Origin: Cirrosporium novae-zelandiae
Taxonomy: Eukaryota
Direction: 5' to 3'
DNA: 64,000 bases
NCBI GenBank assembly: GCA_026023565.1
Contig: JAPETS010000052.1
Span: forward strand, 62,001-126,000
The notes beneath the pieces are model-generated. The model did no database searches and had not been told where the DNA came from. It saw only the letters and a list, made by a program, of their open reading frames with translations. The translations under genes and the position numbers were made by a program. Position 1 is the first letter of the stretch. Each line of letters starts with the position of its first letter. Below are positions 36,294 through 48,080 of this stretch, piece after piece.

Positions 36294-39200
36294 ATGGCAG
36301 GTCCTACGGATGGGGCGTCGTCAATCTCGGTGGCGGTTCGTGTTCGACCTTTTACAATACGAGAAGCTGCACAACTTACAAAATGCGATGATGGTCCAAT
36401 GTTTCTGGGAGACGGGTCATTAGCTGGACATCCTCCTAAGCTCGCTGGGAAAGGAATCCGATCTGTGATCAAGGTTGTGGATGATAGATGCTTGTAAGTG
36501 TGCATGAGTCCCAATGATTTTTATTTATCAGTTTGTATTTGAGTTAATACTAATCGATAACAGAGTATTTGATCCTCCGGAAGATAGCCCCATGCAGCGA
36601 TTCTCGAGATCTGTCGTTCCCAACGGAAAGCGTGTTAAAGACCAAACTTTCTGCTTTGATAAAATCTTCGATGAGAATGTCTCTCAGGGGGATGTATATG
36701 AAGCTACGACCAAGAGTCTCCTGGATAGCGTTCTAGATGGGTATAATTCGACCGTGTTTGCGTATGGAGCTACTGGTTGCGGGAAGACTCACACAATCAC
36801 GGGCACTTCTCAAGCCCCTGGCATCATATTCTTGACCATGCAAGAACTCTTCGAACGAATATCGGAAAGATCAGAAGAAAAGTCCACGGAAGTTTCGTTG
36901 TCATATCTGGAAATTTACAACGAGACAATTAGGGATCTGCTTGTACCCGGAGGTAGTAAAATAGGGCTAATGCTCCGGGAAGACTCTCATCAAACCGTAT
37001 CTGTTTCTGGCCTGTCTAGCCACCACCCTGAGAATGTGCAAGACGTCATGGACCTTATTATGAGAGGAAACGAATGTCGAACAATGTCTCCGACCGAGGC
37101 CAATGCCACTTCTTCTCGTTCTCACGCTGTGCTACAGATCAACTTGGCACAAAAGGATAGAAACGCCAGTGTTAATGAGCCACATACCATGGCAACCTTG
37201 AGCATCATTGATTTAGCTGGAAGTGAACGAGCAAGTGCCACCAAGAATCGTGGAGAGCGACTGATCGAGGGTGCAAACATCAACAAGTCACTACTAGCTC
37301 TTGGTAGCTGCATAAATGCCCTTTGCGACCCTCGAAAACGAAACCACGTCCCCTATAGAAACTCCAAACTTACCCGACTGCTCAAATTTTCTCTCGGGGG
37401 CAACTGCAGAACTGTCATGATTGTTTGTATTAGCCCTTCCAGCCAGCATTACGACGAGACGCAAAACACACTACGATACGCAAATCGCGCAAAGAATATT
37501 CAGACAAAGGTTACAAGAAATGTATACAATGTCAATCGTCACGTCAAAGACTACTTGGTTAAGATTGACGAACAAATATCTCTTATCAATGAATTACGGC
37601 AACAACAAAAGGATTATGAGGCAACAGCTTTTACTAAATTTCGGAAGCAGAATGAGAAGAAACAAGTTGTTGCTAGAGAGGGCATTGCTCGGCTACGTAA
37701 TGCATATGAAAATTCAGCACCAGAGCGGCAAGAAAAGATCAATCACATGAGGTGGCTTCGGGGGCTTGAGCGGAGAATATCTATGGTCTCCTCGTGGGTA
37801 GCAGCATTCGACAGTATTTGTGATAGTGTCGAGGACGAGGAGCCAATTCCTAGCCTGAGTGCTATGCGAAAAACAGCCCAGGGGGTCTTATTTGAATTAG
37901 AGCAGAGTAGACACCACTACAATCAACGACTCATGAAATCTAACTGGGAGAGAGCACTCGATTCTGCACTACAAACTGGCTTGCACCAGCTCGAGGAGAC
38001 GGATGGTGCCGGTGATGGAAATGAATTCTCGTCGAGTCTTGCTAGAGAAGCAGAGCTTTTGAAGGCAAATGCTGAACGAGAAGCACTTGCTACCGTTGCT
38101 GAACAAGAGAAAAGTGGCGATGGTGTGGTTGTTCAAGTTCTACTCCAGGCCAACTTTGAGACCCTTGCAGCTATCAACAATATGCTTCATATGTCAGAGG
38201 AGGAAGCAGTTTCAGCAGCGAAATCAATCCTTGGGAAAATCCTCTCTTCTTGTTCAGATGCCGCTTCATATGTTGTCAAACCAGATAACAATGCTAGTAT
38301 TGTTCCGGTCGAAGCCTTTCCACCAACTCGATCTGGAACGCCAAAGCGAAAGAAGTCAATCAATCCCATGGCTGGATCACCAATAAGACGAATGTCAGCG
38401 ATAGCACCTCCAAGTTTGTCGTATCTAAATACGCCACCTGTCAAGGCATCCCCACGTCGTCTGAAGATCCACGGTGCTCGTAAGGGAATCACCGTCAGTT
38501 TTACACCCAAGAAGAAATCGCCAAGAAAGAAAAGAGCTGTAAGATGGCGCGATGATGAGGAGGATGGGACATTGGCAGAATATGAAAAGACGCCACAGAG
38601 ACAGGTTTCAAGCCCAGTGAAACCTTCTCCAAATGGCTTCGGATCTCCAGCAACGATGAAATCATCCCTACCTTTAGCATCTAATTCTATTGGTAATTCC
38701 TCGCCAATTTCAGCATCACTGGAATCTTCACTGCCTATGGGTTCAAAAAATGATCGTTTTAAAGCTGGGTTTCTCTCAAAGAAGACTAGCGGATCACCCT
38801 TACGACCCACCATCACCAACTTTTCAGACTCGGATCACTCCCCACTTAGGGATATCGAGCCAAGTAAAGCTATGAATCGCACCTCTCTGCAGCTGGATGA
38901 ATCGCCAGATGTCAGTTCTGCTTCCATTGATAGCGGCAATAATTCCGGTACCGAGGATGGTACCTGGAAAGTTGACAAGAGTGACGCTATCAAAATCAAG
39001 ACTGCCGTCAAGCGCGCTTCCCTATATGGTGCCATTCCAGCCATTCGAGTCCAACGACGACGTAGTCCTAGTGGTTTGGCTACGACTGGAAGCCCCCCTG
39101 GCGACAATGTTATGTTCACCGCATCTCATGCGAGACGCATGGTCAAGGGAGACAAAGAGAATGATTGGAAGACGAATGTGCTGAGCCCTAGAACTGCACC

Positions 39201-39339
39201 AGTTCTAAAAAATGGACGGCGAGTTGCTTCGTTTGGAGAGGGGAAACCAAGAGAAGTTGTAAGAGTAGCTAGCGGCACTCATGGGAGTGGCGGACTGCAA
39301 AGAGGCAGCTTGGTAACCTCGAAGAATGCCTGGAGATGA
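36294..39339 (+). CDS. KIP3: Kinesin-8 motor (Kip3/KipB/Klp5-6 family)
   Basis: Exon 1 36294-36493 (ISVAVRVRP), intron 36494-36563. P-loop GATGCGKT, switch I NATSSRSH, switch II DLAGSE, HVPYRNSKLT; extended loop after VRVRP typical of fungal kinesin-8. Confidence 0.93.
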
Positions 39340-40307
39340 AATGAATGATAACTGAATATGGAACATTGGTCAATTAGTATTGCACAGCATTTGGACGGCG
39401 CAGTCGTTGCAACGACATAATAAGCGAAATGGAATAGAGAGACCATGCCTCTCTTAACGATCGATTGGGACATTGATTTGAATGGGTTGATGGGTATGAT
39501 AGGTAGATAACCACAGCAAGACACAGTTAATCTGTCTGCTCTGGACAACGGCGTGTGTGCGATTGATTGAGATTGGCGTTTGCTTTGCGCTTACCCGAGG
39601 GTTTTGGGGCAGGGGGGGGAGGGGGTGTTTGCAAGCTCAACCAGAATGGTTTAGTTCCTTTCGCAACGTTGTCGGTTCTAACTTGTTTTTTTTGTATTAT
39701 ATAATCAGTTTGATTCTTCTTGTTAGTGAACTAATCCTCCTTCCTCTCTTTATTTTGAGGGATGGAGACGAATTTATGAAAACCTGAAAATTCCGATGTC
39801 TACTTTTTATTTTTTTTATGTATACTGGATTGGGTTTAGGAGGTCTCCGTCTTTACTTGGCTTTCGAGATGGCAATGATTAGATATATGATGTATTTTAT
39901 AAACATTGATTTTATTTCTTCCAGTGTTATTTTCTACAGAGAAAGAGCGTCCCTGACCAAGATCGTATTAATGAAATCTCTAATATGACTGTTTATTTTC
40001 TAACTTCATTATTCTAGAACCAACACACGGATATTCTTTGAGAAGAAATAGTCTCCATTCTGGAGGGAAAAATGATAGTCCTTCTATCTTGGACCACGCA
40101 GCTGCTATGTCAGGCTTCCTCTTGCAGAATTCTTTGTTCGCATAATCTGGTCCTAGGATGATGTTGAGTATGTTCCTCGTATATTATAGGAGGTATTTGT
40201 TTGGGGCCTTTGACCACTATTTGTATTTAATACCAAATAACTGAAAACCAAGTACCCTAAGGGGCAATAACTTATGTTGCTTCAGTAGCCTAACGGCCTT
40301 AGTCTAG

Positions 40308-40340
40308 TATGGTCTGGTATGGTCTGATATGGTCTGGTAT
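40308..40340. repeat. 10-bp tandem repeat (TATGGTCTGR) x3
   Basis: tatggtctgg tatggtctga tatggtctgg tat. Confidence 0.85.
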
Positions 40341-41495
40341 AGTATGAGTGTATAAGATATTGTTAATTAACAACAACATTCTCTTCAATTCCGCTTTTTT
40401 CCAATACTGACACATCCAGATCGGCCTCTTTGTTGGGGCTTTAGACATGTGTCGTAGCCTTTTTTTCTTTTTGACTAAAGATCCAAGGGTACTCTAAGTT
40501 TTTTTTTGAGAGGGGGATATTGGCAGATGCAATTTTTACGTCTGTCCGTCGGCGCCGGGACAGTCCTTTAGGGGACTTGTCCCCCTGTGGATCTTGTGAA
40601 TCTTTAGAATCTGTTGTGGTTGTTTGCATTATTATCCTTATTCCCATTCTTGGAGAAGCCCTGTCCCACCTCTCTCTCATCTTCTCTGTCTTTTCATCTA
40701 ATATGTCATAGCTAGGACGACATGTGGTAATCCATTTTCCGAGGAAGTGCTGCGTTCCTCGCTGCTGTGGAGGGCTTCGAGTAATTAGATAGATTTCTAC
40801 GACCCGCAATCAGCTATGTAAGCAAGCTTGCCTGTTATTGTTGGTCTTTTTGGCAGACGGAAATGTTACGAAAGGTTGCGGCGGCTGAAAGACTGTCCTC
40901 TTACCATTGGATCTATTTCCTGCGGGGCTATTATTTGCGGGGGTATTTGTTGGAGGTCTTAGGACCTTTGGGAGCGGGTTCCGATGCTGTAGGGTTGGCT
41001 TGGCTTCGGAAAAGCGTGCGCTTGGTGTGAGGTATCTTCTTTATTTGAGTCTTCTGGGTTAAGTATGTTAGTTGGTACCAAAGTATTTTTCATGGTTGGA
41101 GGTCAAAAGGTTAGAGGTTGATGTTATTCCGAAAGGAAATATTTAGGGGAACGTTATTACTGACGAAATAAATGCATGTGAAGGGGGGAGCTTTGGTCCC
41201 GTTGGGGTCTGTGGGAATTCTACTGCGTACGGACCATCCATTGATCAAGCTCCTTGAATGCTTTACAAGGAGTTGGGATTGAGAAGTGAAATGGTTAATA
41301 AAATCCATTATTTTTATTTCCCCTGGGAAAATCGCACGGGGAAAATTGGTATAATACGCCATTCCCCGCATCCTAAAAGCAAAGAGATCTCTAGAATCTT
41401 ATCGAGGTATATACTTTCGATAAGCTACCCATCACCAAACCCCTGCCAGGCCGGCCATCATTGTAAACCATCATTGTGAACCATCATCTCGCCCC

Positions 41496-41992
41496 TCATG
41501 CTTGTTCGTCATCGTCATATGAGGGAACTTGGACATCCCATTGTAGTTCCTCCTCCGGTGTGTCCGATTTGTCTTCATCCTTCCTAAATATGAATGCGAG
41601 GGCATGCCCATCTCGAAGGCTTGCTCCCTCGGGCGAGTCCGCCAACGCAGAAGGATTTTTTCTTCTCCCGGGACCATCCTTCACAGCCTCTTCTGACGTG
41701 TCTAGAACACTCCAGCCTTTTCTCAGATCGTTAAAATCTATTGGGACACCAAAAATGATGTCATCAACACTTGTAGGGATGGGCTCATTGTTGATGTCAG
41801 CGATACCACGATGTTTGAGCGTATCAATTAGCTCTTGCTTGATCGAGTCAAAGGTCTGGCCCTTGTCAACAAAGAGCATAATGGTTGTTTTGTACTTCTT
41901 GAGACGAAGAGTCCATTTTAAAGGATCGGGCTCTGTCATGACCTATGAGAGTGTTAGAAACTTGGGGGTTGGTGGACCAGAAAACACACCAT
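41496..41992 (-). CDS. Hypothetical protein, about 149 aa, acidic C-terminus
   Basis: 147-aa ORF with globular-protein composition (WTLRLKKYKTTIMLFV...LRDGHALAFIF...WDVQVPSYDD). Preceded by intron 41989-41943 (GTGTGT..CTAAC..TAG) with an in-frame ATG immediately before the donor. Confidence 0.75.
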
Positions 41993-42170
41993 ATTGAGTA
42001 ATTGAAATCGTGACCCGAGAAAACGCATTAAGCATGCAAGCAACCATGGAGGAGAGTGTACATATCGGCCTACCACTCGCTTAGCTTGGACGACCTGAGG
42101 CACGGGCCACAGAACTCGGGCAACCCTTTGATTTTTGTACCGTATCAGGAATTACTCAACCTTACAGTTA

Positions 42171-42206
42171 ATTCCTAATATATTCCTAATATATTCCTAA
42201 TATATT
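42171..42206. repeat. 11-bp tandem repeat (ATTCCTAATAT) x3 in an AT-rich divergent intergenic region
   Basis: Read directly from the sequence. Confidence 0.85.
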
Positions 42207-42490
42207 ATAACCTAACTTATAATTTTTATAAAATAAACTAAGTCTATGATTTTTAAATTAAAGAAACGTGATTATTTATTTATTATTATAAATGGAGGAC
42301 GCGGTTCAGACTTGAATGATGTTAGAATGTGATATTGGTATTTGTGGTGCGCCGTAGAGGAAGAGCTCGGGCTTTCGGAATCTAATCTTGTACCCTCCAA
42401 GACCTCACCTCCATCTTTAGATCTGCTTACAGCAAAAAGTTTTCAAACTCCCCTCACTCTAATACTTGCTTGCAGGTCGTCAATACAACA

Positions 42491-43182
42491 ATGGAGAACC
42501 AACAGCCCGAGATCAATTCTTTGCCAAATGAACCTCAACTTAATCCATTTGTCGGAGACCCGAATGATCCCTCACGACTTGGTCTCCCGTTCCCATCTCG
42601 TCTCTTGATGGGAGCAGGCGCAGCCTTCATTGGAGGCCTCTCATTCGGGATACCTCACGGCAGTGCGAGAGCTGCATATAGATTTCGAGCCGAGAATGCT
42701 CATCGGATGCCAACCTCTACGACTGGTTGGTATCTCTATCATAAGAGCAAGAATTACCATGCCATGCTTGGGGGAGTGAAGGAAGGATTTAAGTTTGGTA
42801 TGAGGCTGGCGCCGTGGGCTGCCGGCTTCTTTATCGTCGAGGAGGTCGTGGATAATGGTAGAGGCGGCAACAGAGACGTTTTGTCTACCGTTATTGCAGG
42901 GTTGACGAATGCGGGAGGGTATAGCTTGTGGAGTATGTGTGCATTCTTCTCTTCAAGGCAGGTGAGGCGCGTACTGAGAAACTAACCATTGAATTTGCAG
43001 ATAAACTTCCTGTCAGTGCTGCAGCTTTGACAGCAAAGAAAGCCCTAGTTCTGAGCATTGCCTTTGGATTTGCCCAGGATGGAATTGCCACCCTTAAAGG
43101 GTATGCGCCTTCATACCTTAACTTTTTGGCGCAGAGTCGCCAAAATGAGCTTGACTCGGTTTCACCAGAAATGAAGCATTAA
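42491..43182 (+). CDS. Tim17/Tim22/Tim23-superfamily-like membrane protein of unknown function
   Basis: Exons 42491-42932 and 43001-43182. Gly-rich TM helices; FRAENAHRMPT...GWYLYHKSKNY motif recalled from a conserved fungal family. Confidence 0.7.
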
Positions 43183-44699
43183 CGACGGGCATCCGGTTTA
43201 CGAAATATCTCTCTTCAGGAGCACGACATTGTTATAAACCGGCTGGGTAAAAACCTGCTCTTATGGTAAGTAATGAGTGGATATAGTTAGGTTTTTAGCA
43301 AAAACAATATGGTGAACCAGCCGGTTATATCCGCCGCTATTGGAATGCTGGAAGAGCCTGGAGAATATTATCTACTGAGGTTTGCCTCTAAGAAGACACC
43401 CTACCTTCCGTACCCCACATATGTGTTCGGATGGAAGAACTTAAAAGACGGATCGAGGCCGAGGGATAAACTAGTTGAGATGGCGGCAAAAGGATGTTTG
43501 ATTGGGTGGTAGGAAGATGCGGATCCACATGCTACCTACTTGGGGTCTAATAACATTTGAATCGGGGGGACCTTGAGGTGAAATTAGGTTCGGAATAAAG
43601 GCTAATTTTCCATCAACACCTACTGTTGCGTGTAGCCTATTGGAGAGATGCCCTGGAAAATATGAATGAAATGTTTGCTGTTTCAACCTACTATTGACTG
43701 ATCAGCGTGGAAATGGAAAAGTATATATTTATTATGCTTAGCATTATCTACTAAGTAGTGATGACTATACTTTGGCAGCATCATAATCATGAGATTATAA
43801 GATTAGATATTTGAAAATTTTACCTTTGGGTGGGAGTTAGCTAACCTTCTTCTTTGATAAATTCTAGAATAATAAAATGGGATTAAAGTATTTTCTATTT
43901 TCTACTAAGAAAGAGAAAGAAAATGTTTATGGTCGATCTCCCGCCAACATGCGGCCTTCTCACTGCTCGTGCTTCTAGAAGGTTATGTTGTGGCTTATTA
44001 TGTGGCACTTTGTTGCTACGCTTACCCAATTGTAATTCGTAGCAAAAGTAGCCGAGCTGCCCGCCGCATCTCAACTTGGACCCGCTCGTTGCATCGTCAT
44101 TCATCCTCTCGGTGAAAGGAGGTATGCCGCTTCGATACTCTCTTTTCTCTTGACGCCTTGCCCTTTGGACCTTGGTCTGATTTCCATAGCTCAATCCTTC
44201 TCCGCGCTTCTTGCCACTGCGGCTTCTAGCTTCACTTCTTGACTTGACTTTTGATGATAGCTTGCTTGCCTTCAGCCTCTGGTTCACCCAATTCCCCTCC
44301 ATTGTTTCGCGTCAACAGTCTGTCATTTAGACTGTCTTGCTTCCTTTCACCGGGTGGAACACCATCGTCAATAATTCACGCTATCAGCTTTGCGCCGTAC
44401 CTTTACCCTTTCCCCCTTCCTTTCGGCCAATTTGATCTCGATGTTTGACAACTCTATACCAACTATTCTTTCAAGGCCTCTCGACATCTGATCACGACCT
44501 CTTCTGCACCGAAGGATATAACTCCCATCGACATACTCTTCTCCCGACATCAGCTGACCTATTCTGATAACATTACTCCTGTGGCCATGGTGGGAAATAT
44601 TCAAATAAGATGACTGAGTTTTTAGTGGCTGGACTGCTCTAAGCTCGCAGCCATTGGACCTTGATCATATTGCTGAAGACAACATACATTCTTGTCAAT

Positions 44700-47555
44700 A
44701 TGCGTCGTTCTATTCGTGGCGGGGGGACCGCATTCGCTCACAAAACCAACGGAACCAACACCTCAGATTCTCTCAGAACCTTTATCTCTGAAACAACCCC
44801 AACAAGGCCGGCTCGACCATCACCTCTCGCTGGTTCACAATTCAATGGCATACCACTTGATTTACTTGACCGAATCCGGTCATTTCCTCTATTTAAGTCG
44901 GCACCGGAATCTTTTCTGGCTGCCATTGGCGCTCACTTGCGTCCGCAGGTGCATTCGCCACGCGATGATATTCTCACAGAGGGTGATGATGCTAAGGCTA
45001 TGTATTGGCTGGTCCGTGGCGCATGCGCAGTCACCTCTAGAGATGGAGAAAGCATATATGCAGAGCTGAAACCTGGGGCCTTTTTTGGAGAGATAGGTGT
45101 TTTGATGGGGATTCCAAGAACTGCAAACATACTTGCACGTACTAGATGTTTGTCGGTTGTGCTTAAAAAAGAAGATTTGATGAAAGAGCTCCCTAAGTTT
45201 CCAGAGGTGGAACGTACAATTCGCGAAGAGGCGATGGAAAGACTCGCCATATTAGAAAGGAAAAAGGAAGAGAGTAGGAATCCGAAGACTACCAATACAG
45301 TGCCAGTCAGAAGTGGTTTCAAAAGGTCACGAGATAGCTCCCCGGACGGCATAGCTGGGGGCGGGCTGGAAGCAGGACGTGATAGAGGAGCTGTTAAGAA
45401 GCGAAAATCTCCAAGTCCAACTTTGGCTGATATTGCTGCCTCGAGTGCACTGGGCAGCGGAACGGTCAATGTTCGGCAGCTCCTGAAGGAATTCCCCTTG
45501 TTCTCGTCGTTGCCAGCAGAAATCCTTCACTTCTTGGGCCTTAATGCTCAACCTCGAACGTATCCTCCTTTCACTGATATCATTCATCAGGATTCGACCG
45601 GCCGGGAAGTGTATTTTATTGTGAGAGGGGAGGTTGAGGTTATTACAGCACCATCGAATCTAGCATCACCACCTGCGACGCCCACCACCCAAGATACCCA
45701 GCGAACTCATTATATCAAGGCCCGCTTGAAGCAAGGACAATATTTCGGAGAAGTCGCGAGCTTATCGTTAGCACCTCGACGGACTGCAACGGTGCGCTCG
45801 GTCACTATGGTTGAATGTCTCATGCTAGATGGCGATGTTCTTACAGAGTTTTGGAGTAGATGCCCCTCTCCAATTAGAGAGCAAGTGGAGAGTACCGCAA
45901 AAGAGCGCTTGGAGTCCTCCTCTGATGGAGATACAGATATGATTATGACTGATATCAAGATGGGCTCCGATTCCACCCCGGCTATCAGCGAGCTAGTTAT
46001 TGGGGGTGCTTCTAAAACGACTCAAACTGGGACACTTCCAACAGTAACTTTCACCTATGATAAGTCTAGCAATTTGACGCCACCACTTTCAGACGACCTC
46101 TCTGTTTCTGAACCATCTGATCCAGACCCTTTCCTAAATGTTGACTTGGACAACATCCGTTCCAGGTCAAGGAGAAGCTCTCTGGCCCCTCCATCCCCAG
46201 ATTCACCACTTTCACTTTCAGATGGCGAAAGGTCTCCATCTCCTGGATCTCGTTCGCCAACAAGATCCAAGCATGTTCCACCAAGCCTTGCAGCCGCAAC
46301 AATGCGCGCAAGAATTCTTAAACGGCGTTCTATTCGATCCGAAAAGCATACCCTATCAGATGAAATTCTTCTTAACATCTTTAAACATCTTGATGTATAT
46401 CAACTTATGCGCTTACGTGCCGTTTCGGCACACTGGTCTCACTTATTAAACAGATCAGACAAAATTCTACATTCCCTCGATCTCTCAAAATACAATCGCA
46501 AAGTTACAGATGACGCTTTAATCAATTATATCATACCATTCGTTGGCTCTAGACCCCGGTTCATTGATATCAGCAACTGTTTCCATCTTACCGATGAAGG
46601 GTTCATCGCACTGGCTTCTCAGTGTGGTAAAAATGTTACGTGTTGGAAAATGAAGAGTGTTTGGGACATCACAGCGGTTGCGATTCTCGAAATGGCCAAT
46701 AATGCGAAAGGCCTTCAACACGTCGACCTAAGCAATTGTCGAAAAGTTAGCGATAACCTTATGATACGTATCGTCGGCTACGTCGTTCCTAATTCTCCTC
46801 CGCAAAAATCACAACAACTTCCTAGCAAGCTCAAAGTAGACACCAAAGCCAAAAAGCCTGCCGAAATACAGCCAGCACCAGGTACAGTTATGGGGTGTCC
46901 TGGTCTAAAGTCGTTGACTCTTTCCTACTGCAAGCATGTTACCGATAGGTTTATGCAACATCTTGCACTATCGGCTGCTTCACGTATGGAACATATTGAT
47001 CTTACTCGATGTACTACAATTACGGATCTGGGTTTCCAGTTCTGGGGAAATGTACAATTTATTAACTTGCGTAGACTTTGCCTAGCAGATTGCACATACC
47101 TGACAGATAACGCCATAGTGTATCTTACAAACACTGCAAAAGGTCTCCAAGAACTGGATCTGGTAAGAGAAACTTTCAAATAGAATCTTCTCAGCTAATA
47201 ACATATTTGCTAGTCTTTTTGTTGTGCGCTCTCTGATACTGCTACCGAAGTCCTGGCCCTTGGATGCCCTCAACTTACCCACCTCAACCTGTCCTTTTGT
47301 GGTTCTGCAGTTTCAGATCCGTCTTTACGCAGCATTGGGCTACATCTAGTGCAACTCCGCAAGCTATCAGTTAGAGGATGTGTACGAGTTACTGGTATAG
47401 GAGTTGATGCGGTTGTGGAAGGCTGTCAAAAGCTCGAGGACTTTGATGTTAGTCAATGCAAGAACTTGGCAAGATGGTTAAACCTTGGTGGACCCAGCAA
47501 GTGGCCAAGAGTGAAGTTTGAAACTGTTGCTGGCGAAGGAAAATCTCATCGTTGA
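44700..47555 (+). CDS. Protein with two cyclic-nucleotide-binding domains, an F-box and cysteine-containing LRRs
   Basis: FFGEIGVLMGIPRTANILA and YFGEVASLSLAPRRTATVRS cassettes; F-box LSDEILLNIFKHL..LMRLRAVSAHW; repeated L.LS.C..(V/L)TD. Intron 47163-47213 gives LDL/SFCCALSD. Confidence 0.9.
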
Positions 47556-48080
47556 GGATCACCGGGTGAACGAACCTGCATTTCTAAGGAGTATATTTGG
47601 TATGTCTGACAGAATTTGGGGATATGGCTGAATGATTCAATATATCAAGCCTGAGCGAGCATTACATTGAGCGGGTCAAGGTGGTTCTCGGCGGTCATTT
47701 GAAATGGATACCCAAGTAGTCTGGGCTGCTTTCCAACAATTATGTACACTATAAGCATTGTTATCTAGATTATTATGCTTATTATTAGATTTCTGATAGT
47801 TGATAAATTAACAAAAGGTCAATATGAACCTCAGAGTAAGAAGAAGATGAAGCAACATAGGAAAGTATGAGCTCGTAGTTATTCCTTCCTCTATAAATCA
47901 CAGTTGCATGACCTTGGTCAATAATTCTATTACAGCTTTTGCTTGTGCTTGCTCGTACCCAGCCGCACAAACTTCCACCACCCAAATTTCAACTTATTTC
48001 ACCAACAGTGGCAATTTACACACATACCGCCACATCCTCTTTGTTCTGCCAAGCTGCCACCTGAAAGAGCTTTGAAATTG

